Numbered from the stretch's first letter, positions 47,540 to 60,847 are shown. The stretch: 64,000 nt of DNA from Entomortierella parvispora E1425 (GCA_020891255.1 BQFW01000007.1:1674001-1738000), one strand, 5' to 3'. Made by a program: numbers and translations. The notes: a model not told the origin generated them from the letters alone.

Positions 47540-49930
47540 ATGGATTGGCATGTGCTACTTGGAGCAGCAGCCGAGGTATGTTAGCAATCTGGTTGATCCG
47601 AGCGAGACGATCGCTCAGCCACGCAGCCCGCACAGCCTCACTCCTTCTGACACCTGTGCATGGGGTCGTGCTTTCCCTTTCCTCCTTGCCCTGGAGGAGC
47701 CTGCATCTTGCAGCAAGCTGTCTGTGCGCCATCATGGAAAGACAACCATGACCTGCTCCCTTCCTTCTTCGACCTCTTCATGATTCAGCCCGCTCGAGTT
47801 TACAACTGGAAAAATCAACGGCTCGATCTGCCTTCCTGCCTCCTTTTCCTCACTCTCCCCACCGTTTTCTCGTTCTTACCGCTCCTTATCTCGTCCATCC
47901 ATGCTAGGCTGAATCCCAGGTCATCACCATTGTGCTGGCTGGCGTCATCCTTTCCAGGACAGGCTATCTCTCTCAATCTGCGCAAAAGGTATACTGCTCA
48001 AGTCCTGTCTCGACGCAAGCATTCCCTGCGCACGCCTTTTAACTGACTCTCCCTTTCTCGCTTTCCTTGAATGCGACACTGCTAGGCAATATCGCAAGTG
48101 AACCTGTACTTTATGACACCATGTCTCCTTTTCACCAAGATCGCCTCCACCATCAACTGGGACCAGTTTAAAGCCTTCTGGCCCATCCCGGTCTTCTTCC
48201 TCTTCTTTACCGCCGTTTCTTGGGTCGTGTCTAGGCTCGGCAGCAGGCTATTAGGCTTCTCGAACGATGAGGAAAAGTTTGTCACGGCCTCGGTGCTCTT
48301 TTCCAACACCAACTCGCTTCCTATGGCCCTAGTCCAGTCCTTGGCCATGAGCGCTGCAGGATCGCATCTGTTAAGAGACGAACACGACACGAAAGAGTTG
48401 GTAGCGGCAAGAGGCATCTCGTACATTCTCTTTTACGCCATCTTTGGTAACCTTGTCCGTTGGTCCTATGGCTTCACGCTTCTTGTGCCCAAGGACAGGA
48501 TCGAGCTTCCAGAGGATGACAACTGCTACTCTCTTCATGGTCAGGAGGACGCGTACGAGTCACCGGTCGAGGATACAGGACCAAGAGAGGGCGTTCTAAT
48601 CGACGTTGATGACAATTCTTCAAACACCTTGTTCGCAGACAGCAGAGGCAGCACCATGAGTTCAGCTTCTTCCGCTCGGACATTGCATCATTTTGACCAG
48701 GGCCATGAGTCCTATAGGGACTCGGACTCGGACCTGGACGACGAGATCACGGACGACGATGACCGGTGTTCATTCGAGCACACGGCGCCCTATCGATCAA
48801 AGGCCAAGGGCCGCGGAACTGGACGAGCAACCCATCTACAGTCACTCTCTTCCCCTATCTCTAGCAACCATGACTATCCCATGCGCTCTCAACACCGATC
48901 ATTTATGTCCTCTCGTAGACGTCCCGCACGGCCATCGCTCCGGCAAAAGGCAGGAACGGCGATTGGGAGGATCCGTCAAGTGTTGACACCACCGCTATTG
49001 ACCGCTCTCCTCGCGTTGGTGATCGGCTTGGTCCCTGCGCTTCATGAACTTTTTATGAGCCCGGACTCGAAGCTGTACACTTTTGTCGTCCACCCGATCG
49101 AAACTTGTGGTGCGGCAGCAATTCCCATGATTTTGTTATGCCTTGGTGCACAGGTCGTGAACTTTGCTTCGGCCTCCTCTTCCTCCATGGAGGGTGCTCA
49201 TCCTTCTTCCACGAGATCCGCAAGACCAGGATTAGGTTCAAGACGGCGGAGCTCCAACAACGCCTCCATCTTTCCGCACGGGCAAATGGTCGATCAGGAT
49301 GACACTTTGTTGTCATCGGAAGAGGACGAAGAGCACGATCTGGGATGGCTGCGCGTACAGAGTCCTCCTCGGAGAAAACCAGGTCGTGATCGACGCTCCG
49401 GTAACCAACATGCTCTTTCTTTGCCACCACTGTCGACCTCGTCGTCGTCATCCACGCTTTTTCAATTTAATGAACACGGACGCCGCGGCAATGAGCAATC
49501 GAATGAACTTCAAGTTGAAGACCGCGCGAATTCCCTGCTCACATTGCTCTCATCCGAGAATGGTGGATCTGCCATTCCAGCGACGAAGGATTCGTCCTCG
49601 CTGGTATCTAAGGGATACAAGTTCAAGTGCTTAACGCCTGTTGGATTCACGTTAATTGCACGCTTGTTCCTGGTTCCGTTGATTTGTCTACCCGTCATCT
49701 TGTTCTACCCAGGATCTCTCTCGCCCGTGTTGACAATGGATCCTACGTTTCGGTTAACTCTGGTTCTGCTGGTAGCAGCACCGACTGCGATCAACATGAT
49801 TCAGCTGTGCCAGATCAAGGGCTTCTTTGAGCAACCGATGGCTGCTGTCCTGTTTTGGAGCTACTGTGTATTTGGGATCCCCTTCATCTTGGGGTGGTCT
49901 TTGGTGGGTCTCTGGGCTGCACAACGATAA
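47540..49930 (+). CDS. Auxin efflux carrier/PIN-LIKES (Ecm3-like) membrane transporter, 3 exons
   Basis: NLYFMTPCLLFTKI, FSNTNSLPMAL, AIPMILLCLGAQ and AAPTAIN motifs. Two TM bundles flank disordered loops. Confidence 0.9.
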
Positions 49931-50118
49931 GACCACTGCTTGACTCCCCCCCTTGTTTTACAAAAAAAATAAATAATAAAAAAGATAAAACAACAACAAC
50001 GCGAACTGAGCGCGGTCATTTTCCCGCGGAGAGCATTCAGATCTTTTTAGTCTTTTGTTTTTTGCTTTGATGAGAGCCGCATGCTACGCGGGGTAAACAA
50101 GCTGATCGAGATGTTTTC

Positions 50119-50276
50119 TTTTTTTTTTTTTTTTTTTTTTTTTTTTCTCGCTTCAGTCAAGACTCAAGAGTGATAGAGAGGGCGAGGGGGAGGAGGTAAG
50201 GAGAGAAAGAGATGAAAGATTCTTTTGAGAAAAAAAGTGAGGGAGCCAACAGAGTCAACAGTCAACAAAGCCGATC

Positions 50277-50304
<28 letters not shown>
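50119..50304. repeat. T28 (50119-50146) and A28 (50277-50304) homopolymers in inverted arrangement
   Basis: Counted directly. Confidence 0.9.
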
Positions 50305-50308
<4 letters not shown>

Positions 50309-51176
50309 AGGAATGAAGCCAATTGCGTCCCTGTCTGCTTGTCGAGTCGCCACAGCCCAAAGTGCTGAGTTTCGATGAAAACAAAAATTTTCGTTTTCCG
50401 GTTTTTGACGCGATGAGGACGCGTGATTCCACTTTTTTACTTGATCCTCTTTTTTTTTCCTGCCATCGATCGCTCTTTACTCACCAGAAAAGAGTGGAGG
50501 AGTGGATGATAAGCGGGATAGACCCAAGCTGCTGCCCCCTAAGCTCGCTACAACAACAATCACAACACCGCTAAAGAGGAGAAAACCTTGAACCTTGATT
50601 GCCTTTTTTGCAACACAAAATCAAGGCGGACACAAAAAGGACACAAGAACACAACAGGGGTGACGGGGAAGGGAAACAGAGAGGGGAAAGGAGGGAACTG
50701 CCAATAGGCGATCTTGCATGGTAAGCCCTTCACTGTGCTGTCCTACCCTGTGAATATTTTTTGAAGAGTACAGACAAACACCAGCAACTCGGGTCATTCA
50801 TTCGATTCTCGGGTCATTTCTATTTTTTTTGATTTTTATTTTGATCGGCCAACACAGTCGAGCACATCGCTCGAGGTACACTGAAAGTGCGGAATGCCAA
50901 AGATGTCATCGTTGTGCCTCATCTAGCAGCCAAAACCTGTTTGGAAGGTCAACGAAAACCCAACTGATCACGTCGTTTTACAAAAGGGCTACCGATCGCA
51001 ATTGCATTAACACGATCGACAACCCACCAATTGAGTTTATTGCATCGGGAAAGATGCTCTCAATGGAGAGTTGGGGTGGGAGGGTTTCCCACATGGCACC
51101 TTTTTTTTTTTTTTTTTTTGCATTGCGAGCTGTTCAATCTCCACATTCACGGTCTGCAGAGAACAGTGTTGTTCAA

Positions 51177-51224
51177 CTACACCGCTACACCGCTACACAA
51201 CTACACAACTACATGACTACAAAC
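51177..51224. repeat. Degenerate 8-mer tandem repeat CTACA(CCG/CAA/TGA/AAC) x6
   Basis: Read directly. Confidence 0.85.
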
Positions 51225-52451
51225 CTCATATGACACAGATCTCCTCTCTCGTGTGTGTGTATAGTTTTTTTTGAAGACTGGATGGAGATCACAGACAGAC
51301 ACAGACACCACACAAGCACAAGGAACACAGATTTGCATTGAGGGGTCTCCGATATTTTAAGGCGGAAGTTTTTGTCCCACCCTAATAAAGTCAATCAAGG
51401 AGGACAAAAAAGAGATGATGAAGATGAAGTTGCTTTTCAGCTCCTCCGCCGTTTCTCCCGTTTTTCTGTCGTTGACAAGTGAATGAGGGATCTCTGCTTG
51501 TCCTTTGAGCAGGGTGGCCCCCCCTTTTCCGATCGTCTTTTTCATTTCTTTCAATGGCCTGGCTCTCTATCTACAAAACTGTGGGACGCTCTGACGCTCT
51601 TTTTCTATTTTTTTTTTTTTTTTTGGTCCTTGCTTCAATGACCTGCTCCTTCCCCCAAGTTCATTAATGACGCCTCATTGTCCAACATTCCTCTTCATAC
51701 AACTCCTCCTCGCCTTTATCAAAACGGCGAAAACGTAAGAGCATTCGGCGAAACGCACCGGAGATCTCACCGGAGAACGCACTGACAAGACGTGTTAGAA
51801 AACAGAGGAAGAGAAGAACAACTCAAAGACCCTGGAGGAAAAGCATCTCAGTAACAAACAAACAAACGAAAAAAGTAGGCGAGTGAATTAGATTCCTCCT
51901 ATTGTAAAAAAAATAAAATCAAGCGAACGCTCTCTCTCCGGAGAAAGTGAGGAGTTCTGTCATGAGTTTGAGGGAAGGACTCTCCCTCCTTCCCTTTCTA
52001 ACCCTCTTTCTCTCTTTCTGTCTCTCTCCCTCCCTCCCTCCTTCTCTTTCTAACTCTCTTTCATGTCTCTTCATCAAGGACAGTGGGGGAAAAAAAAGTA
52101 ATAAAACCCAAGGACATTTTACCTTTCCACCGATTTTTCTTTCTGCCATCAGTTTCTCAACCTACTTTCACACAACACACGCACAACACTTCACAGCGGC
52201 CATTGACACGCTTACCCAACCTCTCTGTGTTTCCTTGATCCCCTTCTCTCTTTTTTTTTTTTTTTTCTCATTCCTTCTCACTTTGCTCTTCCTTTCTTAC
52301 TTCAGCCATTCCAATTGTACGCGTCAAACCTTGACCAAAACACTCGCATACTTTTTTGTACACCTTCCTATTGCATTCACGCAAAAAAAAAACACGTCCA
52401 CCAGATCAAGAGATGATAACAGCAAGATCCCATCGTCGATTCCCATACAGA

Positions 52452-53027
52452 ATGAACCCCAACCAAGCTCAAAATGAAGAGGCTGCCGCTGCCGTGGGCC
52501 CCGAAAATCCTCCGACTGGGCCGAGTCACCAAAATGGGGAGGACATGGACGTTGTGCAGGTGGTGGGGGGAGCGGACCATGGGTCTGCTCCACAGATACA
52601 ATTCCCCATTGAATCCTTTACAATTCCGGCTCCTCCCATTGACGACAACGACACCAACGACACCCCCATGGCTTCTGATACACACGGCCATGGCGATCAA
52701 GACTATCAACATCAAGGTCATGACGAGGACCCCAACGACCCTCCACCGGGTCTGGTCTACCATGAAGATCCTGGGTATGGCAACGATAGTGACTATGAGG
52801 GCGAAGGCGAAGGCGGGTTCGATGAGGACCAAGAGATGGCAGAGCCTATCGAGAACTCACCGTTATTGTATCAATACCCTCGACAATCTTACAATCTGCG
52901 GTTAGGCCAGCATGAACCTTTGGTCTTAAGGTTTCACCCGAGCGGGATTGTGCCTTGGATCGCTTTATTGCCCCTAGCTTTGGCCACCACCATTCAAGTC
53001 GAGCCAGCGGGTCCTTGGGGAGGATGA
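52452..53027 (+). CDS. Uncharacterised acidic disordered protein (191 aa) with hydrophobic C-terminal patch
   Basis: Open frame with D/E/P/G-rich, coding-like composition between AT-rich flanks. No family recognised. Confidence 0.55.
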   Translation: MNPNQAQNEEAAAAVGPENPPTGPSHQNGEDMDVVQVVGGADHGSAPQIQFPIESFTIPAPPIDDNDTNDTPMASDTHGHGDQDYQHQGHDEDPNDPPPGLVYHEDPGYGNDSDYEGEGEGGFDEDQEMAEPIENSPLLYQYPRQSYNLRLGQHEPLVLRFHPSGIVPWIALLPLALATTIQVEPAGPWGG

Positions 53028-53893
53028 ACACGGTGCGCACGAGCATGCAATTAGCTTGGAGCAAACCCTTCCCCCCCCCCCCATTCCCATATCTCCCTGT
53101 CCGGCTGAACGCATCATCAAATTTGTGTTTTTATTTTATTTCAAAACGACGCGTCCCGCTCTCTTTCACCTTGTCCTTCCCATTCTCACCCCCCCTAATA
53201 CCGCTCCTCGCTACAAGGAGAAAATAACAGGGTGACACCCCAAAAAGTACAGGTCGATGTGGTATGGCTTGCGGGATCCTGCATGCTGCGCTCGGCCTCT
53301 CCACAGCTGCATTGTTTGTAGATAGATTTTCAATCAGTAACCATTGGACCCCCCCCCCCCCCCCCCCCCCTTTGCATTTGCCTGTTTGTTGTTGTTTGTA
53401 GGAACCAGCACATCTCTGGTTTTTTTTGTTTTTTTTTTCGGGACCCTCTCCAAAATAAATCCGATACTGTTTACCTTTTTTTTTTTTTTTTTTTGCATGG
53501 TCAGATCTCACCAATGCGCTTCTGTCGGCCTCAACCCCTCTTCTCTTGGGAGTGTCCGTGCACCATCCGCATTCATGCTTGGAGGTCAGGCACCCCTCTT
53601 CCGAGGGAGTGACCGATATTCGTGTGAAAAAGCCAACAACAAAGACGCGTCTATATTTTTACGTATTACGCTGCTGGGTAGGGGATAAAAAGTGCGCCTT
53701 CTTTTTCTCCCACTGATGAATATGGATGTGATGAATCCAGAAGATGATGATAAAGTGGGGATATATGTAAAAAGTTTTGTGACAGATACACAGAAAATAC
53801 AAGCGGTGAAAGAATGGAAGAAACGTGGAAGAAAGAGAAGTCTGAATCGAAGGTGTTCGAGACGGTGATCGCACTTCCAGCTTTTTTTTTTTT

Positions 53894-55949
53894 TCAATCA
53901 ATTTCAAGAACACGTCCTCCGTTGGTCGACGTCGCATTTTGAGAATCCCGGTTGTCCTTCATAAGATGCATCTTCAATCCCTTTCCAAAGTTCCGGTAAC
54001 ACACTGCCGCATTCGCTATCGTGATCAAGATCGTCACCAAACACAACGCAGCTAATAAGAAGGTGAAAGAATCAAAACGAAAGATCAGCAATGAGACTCA
54101 TCATCGTCAGGTTGATAACGGAAAACGAACAAAAAAGAAGAAAAAGAAGACAAAAAAAGCCTCCCCGCAGTAAATGACTTACCGAATAGTGTCAAGAACT
54201 TTCGAATGTCCACATAGCGGTCCACCTTGTCGCCTACGTACATGCGGACAACTTTGAACACAAAGTAGGCCACACCACACAGCATGGCCGCAATGAAGAA
54301 GGACATCCATCGACGACTTTCATGACGGACAGCATAGACGGCAATGTAAAGCAGCAAGATCGTGATGGGCAAGACAACGATGGTCAACCAATACTCTGGA
54401 TCCGCCCGATTCGTCAAGGTGAGGTAGATGAACTGAATTGAAAATCCAACAAAGAAGAACAGATCGACCTTGATCAAGACCAGATAAATCTGGTAGGCAC
54501 GATACATTTCTAAGTCAAAAGAAAAAAAAGGGCAAAGAGTTAGTCTCTCCCTTCATTTCTCGCAAGTGATAGCAGCCCATAGGTCCAGTGTGGTCATACT
54601 CTTTGTGTTTGGATCGGCTCCAATCTTTTTGTAAATCTTCCAACCAAACTCCTGAAATAGCTGATACGCCAGCCATGTCACAATGCACTGTGAGAGTCCA
54701 ATGATAGCCACCACAGCAATGAGCAGTCCTGTCAAGGTTGAAATTAGCGCGGCCACATCCTCGGGAGAGTAAAAAAAGCGAACGCTAGAGTTGAGCGAAG
54801 TCCGGGTTTGTGAAATCTCGAAAATGGAGTAGGCAAAACAGCACAAGTTGAAGATCACGATACCGATCATCTCAATGGTGTTTTGGGCGCGTACCTAATA
54901 CAAGTAGTAAATAGGGGGAAAGTGAGGGAATGACACATGGTTAGGAGTTAGTTCCGGTTCCTGGACCTTTTGGTCTCCAATGAGCGACCGTTGTAAATAT
55001 AGTCGGAGAGAGTCAGTTGAGAGCATGGATGGATGCTTTGCTGTTTTGGTCGGGTTTGGGCAGCATTGGGTTCTCCTGTTGTTAACTGAGCTGTGGTCCT
55101 GACTCCCGTTTTGCCTCACTTTTTTAATCTCCCCGAAAGAAAGTCAGACTCTTTTTTTGAGGTAAAATTTGACTCCACAGCTGGTGGCGCACACAAACAC
55201 ACACTGTCGAGCCCGCATATCTGGAAAGGGGAAGAACTTACTGCATCCCAAGCCAAGACAAACTGAAAGAGCTGGGCAAAGACAAAGACAATCAGGTACG
55301 CAGGAATGGCACGGGAGGAGTTGTCGGTATCGAGGTAAGGAGGCGATGTGTTTGTGGGGACATCAAAGTCCACGACGGGGCTGTCGCGCAAGGCTTTGAA
55401 GTACTTGACGACAATGACCGTCTGCACCACAATAACCAGCAGTGCCTCCAGGGCAATCACCAGCATCAGGGCCTTTCCATTGGAGGAGCAGGGGAACTGA
55501 ACCAACCGGGTCAGTCGGGATTTGAACGGGGCTTGTTCCTGATCCTCTGACGCCGGGGCATTGGGCTGGGGCGGATAAGCATAAAAGTTGGCGGGCTTGG
55601 TCTCGGCCGGCGTGCGAGGGTCCTGAAAGGCCCCAGCAGCGGTCGGACGTGCAACACGGTGCTGGTCCGAGCGAATCGAGTCTGCGGCGGCCATTTGCTC
55701 CTGTATCCGTAGTTGATGCTGTTTTTGAAGCTGTAGTTGCTCTAGTTGTTGCGGCGTGGGCTGATGGTATGCCTGCTGGTTGCTGTTGCCAGTGGTAGAG
55801 GGACTGCTATCGCCGTAGTTGCTGTAGTAATCATTATAAGAGGGTTGTTGCTGTGATGGCGAGGAAGGGTATCTGGAGGTGTTATCCTGGTGTAGAGGAT
55901 GGTCCAGTGAGGGGTTATTGTTGTCATTGCTGTTGTTGTAGTGGGTCAT
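53894..55949 (-). CDS. UPF0658-like Golgi multi-pass membrane protein, 4 exons
   Basis: Exons join as LAWDA/VRAQNTIEMIG. Motifs LAYQLFQEFGWKIYKKIGADP, YRAYQIYLVLIKVDLFFF and AVRHES. Confidence 0.8.
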
Positions 55950-56080
55950 GGCGGTGAGAGCGTGACCTGGGACAGGGCCAGCAAACGCTACTTGCTACGG
56001 AGACAGAGAGATGGAGAGCGAGGGAGAGAGAGAGCAGGTCAGTCGGACTGGCTACGACGGAGTGAGCAGAGAACGAGGAG

Positions 56081-56152
56081 AAGGACAAGGACAAGGACAA
56101 GGACAAGGACAAGGACAAGGACAAGGACAAGGTCAAGGTCAAGGTCAAGGTG
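56081..56152. repeat. Hexanucleotide microsatellite (AAGGAC)8(AAGGTC)3
   Basis: Read directly. GGA and GGAA runs follow at about 56297-56410. Confidence 0.95.
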
Positions 56153-56880
56153 GCAAGGGCAAGGACAGGGACGTTGCCAAGGGTAGAGAAATAAACAACA
56201 AGAATGCTCTCTGACTTTGAACACACAGCAGGAAATGAAATGAAATTAAAAGAGTGGAAGGGAGTGGAGAAAGACAAAGAGAAACACAGGCGCAGGGGAG
56301 GAGGAGGAGGAGGAGGAGGAGAAGGCAGGCAAGGTCAAGTACAGAAAAGAAGCAAGACAAGGACGGAAGGAAGGAAGGAGGAAGGAAGAAAGGGAACGAA
56401 GGGAAGGAAGGAAGGCTGTTTGTCCCTCTGCTTTGCGTTCTTGCACTCCCTCTTTGTGCCCCCCTTGCTGCTGTTCAGAGCCGTTTCGTTACGCTTGCGG
56501 ACGGGTGCAGGGGTCAGCGTCAGGGCCAGCCACTGGGGAAACGTACCGAGTGTTCGCTGGTGTTGTCTTGCATCTCGACTGCGGTCAGGGAGGCGTGTTG
56601 AATGACGGGCGAGATGAGAGCAAAGGTCAAAAGTAAAGTGGGAGATGAGGATGAGGATGAGGAAAGGGTGGATCAAAGAACGAACGAGGAAAACAAAACA
56701 AAAAAGAGCGGGAAAGAGAAACACACAATGCAAGTGCATGCATGCCATCGCACTCTCCCTGAGTGACAGAAAAGTGAGAAAAGAAAGTGCACGTGATCAT
56801 TTTGCGCGGCTCTTTTTTTCATTACTTTTTTGCATGCATGCGTTCTTCACCCCTTCCACTGCGCCTTCATCACACACTCA

Positions 56881-58839
56881 ATGAGCTCGCAGGAACTAAC
56901 AAAGGCTGCCACCGCCAGCAAGGACACCCCTACTGAGGCTTCATCGACCGCACTCACGACAAAGCCTTCGACAGTCTTAGTCTCGCATACCCGGAATGGA
57001 AAGCCACTCTACAAGTCCAATGTCCCAGCACCGCTTCCGCAAAAGATCTTGGAGGAAGACGACTACACCGATGCACTGAGCAAGATCATTGAGCGCGACT
57101 TTTTCCCGGACCTGGCTAGACTCAGAAGACAGCATGCGTATCTGGATGCTGTTCAGGCGAACGATTTGGAACGTATAGCCGCCACAGCTAGGGACCTGGC
57201 AGGCAATGATACTCCTCTTGCTCATCAAAGATTCAAGACGCCAGGTATGATCAAGAGCGACGAGATTTCTCTCTGACGCCTCCCTACGACAAAAAGACAT
57301 TCAGACATTTAACATCGCCACTGTGGACTATTCATTTTCTTGTAGGTGCCACCCCGAGAGTCAAAAGTCATGGACTTCCGAATGAGCCTTGGACACCAGC
57401 GCGGGTTGATGCTAATGTGGATACGACAACATGGAATGGCGAAGCTGCCTCGACACCAAGGACAGAGACCCCTTCAAGAACCGGTACAAAACAAAGGCGG
57501 AGCAAAGGAACACCGCCACCAGAACAGGAAACGATTGACACCAACATGTCCTTGGATCAATTCCAGGCAATGTACACAAGCGAAGATAACGCCTCTTTTA
57601 ATGAGATTCTCGAAAAAGTCAATGCCCGCAAGCAGGAGGAATACAACTGGATGCACAGCTTGGAACAAAAGAGTATTCTACTCATCGAACATCAGCGAGA
57701 GGGAAGGGAACTCCCAGACACAAGTGGCACAATAGAGGACAAATCCAAGCTTCAGTTGATGCTTGCTGATAAGAGGAGTGGGGTGATTCCTACATGGGGC
57801 TACAAGGTGAGGAGCGCTTCCAGTGGATCCTCTCAAGGATATGGTATATCAGAAAGATCGTGTCCTCATCTTACCTACTTATGTGTTAGGCAAAAAACAC
57901 TCTTATGTACCAACCAGATGGTCTTGGTTCGGACCTGAACGACAGAATCATTCGTGGCAACCCAAAGGAAATCTCTCATGCTAACACTGCATTTCAAGGA
58001 ACGGATCTCTTGGTCGTTAACCAGGCTGCTGCAGCAAAGTTTGACCCCACACCTTGTAAGGACGAGTACACACGATAAAGAAGAATACCGACCAATATTG
58101 AAAGGACAGCAATGTTGCTCACTCGAACGTTTCCTTAATTCTAGTTCTCAAAGCGGGCGTCACGGACTCGCCCAAGGTCAACGGATACGGCTTTGTCTCT
58201 TCGACACCAACACCATGCATGTCTGAGCTAGGAGACGACCCAGATATGATGACATGGGGAACTATTGAGGACGAACCGCTGCTGATCAGTTCTGGAATCA
58301 GCGCCAGTGATGCAGGTACGAGAGGCTCAGTCATCGGATCTATGTAATCGCCAACAGCAGATTGGCGGTACCTAATGCCTCCCCTTTCTCTTTGTATTTT
58401 ATTAGCACCCTCTCCTTTCCGAATTCCAGAGACACCGCGCCGTGAGCTGATTGCTCAAAAGCTGTCTGACAAGGCATCCAAGAGTTTTCGCAACAATTCG
58501 ACACTACGGGCCCAGGTGTTTTCGACGCCTTCAGCTGGCGCTCTTGAATTGCATGATGCTGTTTTTGGTGGTTCTAATGCTACGCCAAAGTTCAACTCTC
58601 CCCAAGGCGCTGTTTCATCCCCTTCCTCCAACAAGCCCTATGCTCGCATGTCCAGTCCTAGTCCCCGTGTAAGAGCGGGCATGCTCTCTCCAGCAGCCCA
58701 ACGACTTCTGGGATCGAGAAAGAGCGCATCGGGAGACAAGCAGCTGCGTTCCTCTTATACCAGCACCCCTAAGCAAAGCCTATCGACTCCTCTTCGCCAC
58801 CAGGCCGTCCATCCTTCTCCACTTGCCCGAAAGGGTTGA
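56881..58839 (+). CDS. ESS2: Splicing factor ESS2/DGCR14 (nuclear protein Es2), 5 exons
   Basis: LEEDDYTDALSKIIERDFFPDL, SLDQFQAMYTSEDNASFNEIL, KNTLMYQPDG, SPKVNGYGFV, MTWGTIE, FRIPETPRRE. Confidence 0.92.
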
Positions 58840-59089
58840 GTCTTTAACATCCTTGTATACTACCATTCCTTGCTACTTGCACATTCGTCGTACCAACTGT
58901 AAATATATATCCCGTCGTGCCATGACTGGAGGTTTTTGCCTCCACGCGAGATTGTTTTAGCATGGTGAACTCAGGGTACACATTCTTCACTCCAAAATCG
59001 ATGGGTCAATGATAAAGAGCTTTTGATTTGAATGCTGGAGGGTAGTATTTTATATAGGACAGAAAGGGGATGCTAAAAAAAAGATCGAC

Positions 59090-60847
59090 TTAGCGAAGCT
59101 CGACCTTCATGCGATCAACGACCTCCTGACGCAGCTTTTCTTGAATCTCATTGATCTCGATGTTGGTAACATTGCGGTCCATGGAACGGTAGTTGATTCT
59201 GTAGCAAACGCTGTGCTTCTTGGTCTTGGGATGTGTGAACTCGTCGATCTATAGATTAAAAGGACTTTAGTATTTTCTTTTCATGAAAACATTCATCGAC
59301 ATCTCCTCTTCAGTCTCCTGTGGTAGACAAAGAAAAAGGCTCTTACCAATTGGACGTCCTCGGCAATGTCGCCTGCAACGTCTCTCACAATCTCACAAAA
59401 GTTGTTCTCGTGGAAGTTAGGGGTGGTCCAGAAAGCGATATCTTTGATGCAGGGAGGGTACTTTGAGAAGGACTTGAACTTTTGAATCTTGGAAGGCTCA
59501 AACTGCTTCAAGAATCGATCATCCTGGGACCAAAACAGGCGAATGTCTGGGATCCCGAAAAGAACCAGCGCCAATCTCTCCAGACCCAATCCGAAGGCCC
59601 ATCCAATCTTTCCAGGTTTTCCTAAATAAAAAATGTCATTTTTTGTCAATCAAACTGCTTGATCAAGAACCGCTCTTGCAAAAAAAAAAAAAAAAAAAAA
59701 AGAGTGTCGAGGACGGGTTGATTCTTTACCTGCATTGTTCAAGATATCCTGACGGCTGACACCACATCCCAAAACCTCGAGCCACTTGCCCTGGTACAAG
59801 ATCTCCATCTCCCAACTGGGACTCGTGAACGGGAAGGTAGCATCGATCCAACGGACCTGAAGATCCTTCTCATGCGAGAACAGCTTCCTGATCATTAGAT
59901 TCAACGAATACTTCAAATGGTCTGCCACCGCCAACATGGCTGCCTCCTCATGACATTCCTGCTTGGGGTTTTCAGGAGTGATCTGGGTCGTATCTTCAGT
60001 TGTAATAGCCGCCGTCGCTGCTGAGGATCCAGCCGCAATCAGGTTTCGGATATCTTCCACAGCCGTCTTTGCATCAAACAACTGAGCGCCCTCCATCTGA
60101 TGGAAGACTGGGTAATGGCTGGCGTCAATCTCATCACGTCTGTAGACATCGGCTGTGACCAAGATCTTGTCGGATTCCTTCATGACCTGGAGCTGATGGG
60201 CCGAGGTATGGGTCCGAAGCATGATCTTCTCGTTCAAATAATAGGTATCGGTGACGGCTCTTCCTGGATGATCGGCAGCAAAGCACAGGTCATCAAAGTT
60301 CTCCTTGGTGGTGACGACAGGCGAAAACTGATCGTAATGTTTAAAGTCGGGGAAGGTGGAAGCGATCAGATTCTTGATAATGGCGATGGGGTGGGTGGGG
60401 ATGAGGTGCAGCTGGCGGGTAGTCTTTTCCAAGATGGTGGGTGTGACATTGGTGGTGGAATCCTTGTTATAAGTCTTGCCTCCGACGGTGATCGTCTCGG
60501 CCGTGATCTGTGGTGGGGTCTTGAGAGCATTAACTAGTAGGAAAAAAAGGAGCTCTACCACATTAATAACTTCTTGGAGGAAAGCATGGATTCGATCGAC
60601 TCCCAGGGTAAAAAGAACCAGATCGATTCAACTATGCACCTGAATCTGCAGAACCACGGGAGGCGGAGGTGTGGAAGAGCGAGGTTGAGGAATAGCAAAG
60701 GACAGGTCGCCAGGCCAAAGCAGGCGAGGCAGGGATCTTCCTTGCGGTGGCCATTGCAGTCCTGATCCTTGGAGCGAGTCCAGCGCGGGTGGCAGCAGAG
60801 CGGCTGGCCCATTGTGTGGATGCGGACCTGAAGAGAGGCGATGCCAT
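59090..60847 (-). CDS. MSF1: Mitochondrial phenylalanine-tRNA ligase, 4 exons
   Basis: Presequence, then [72 protein letters not shown] and the FDX-ACB tail ([13 protein letters not shown]). Confidence 0.95.
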
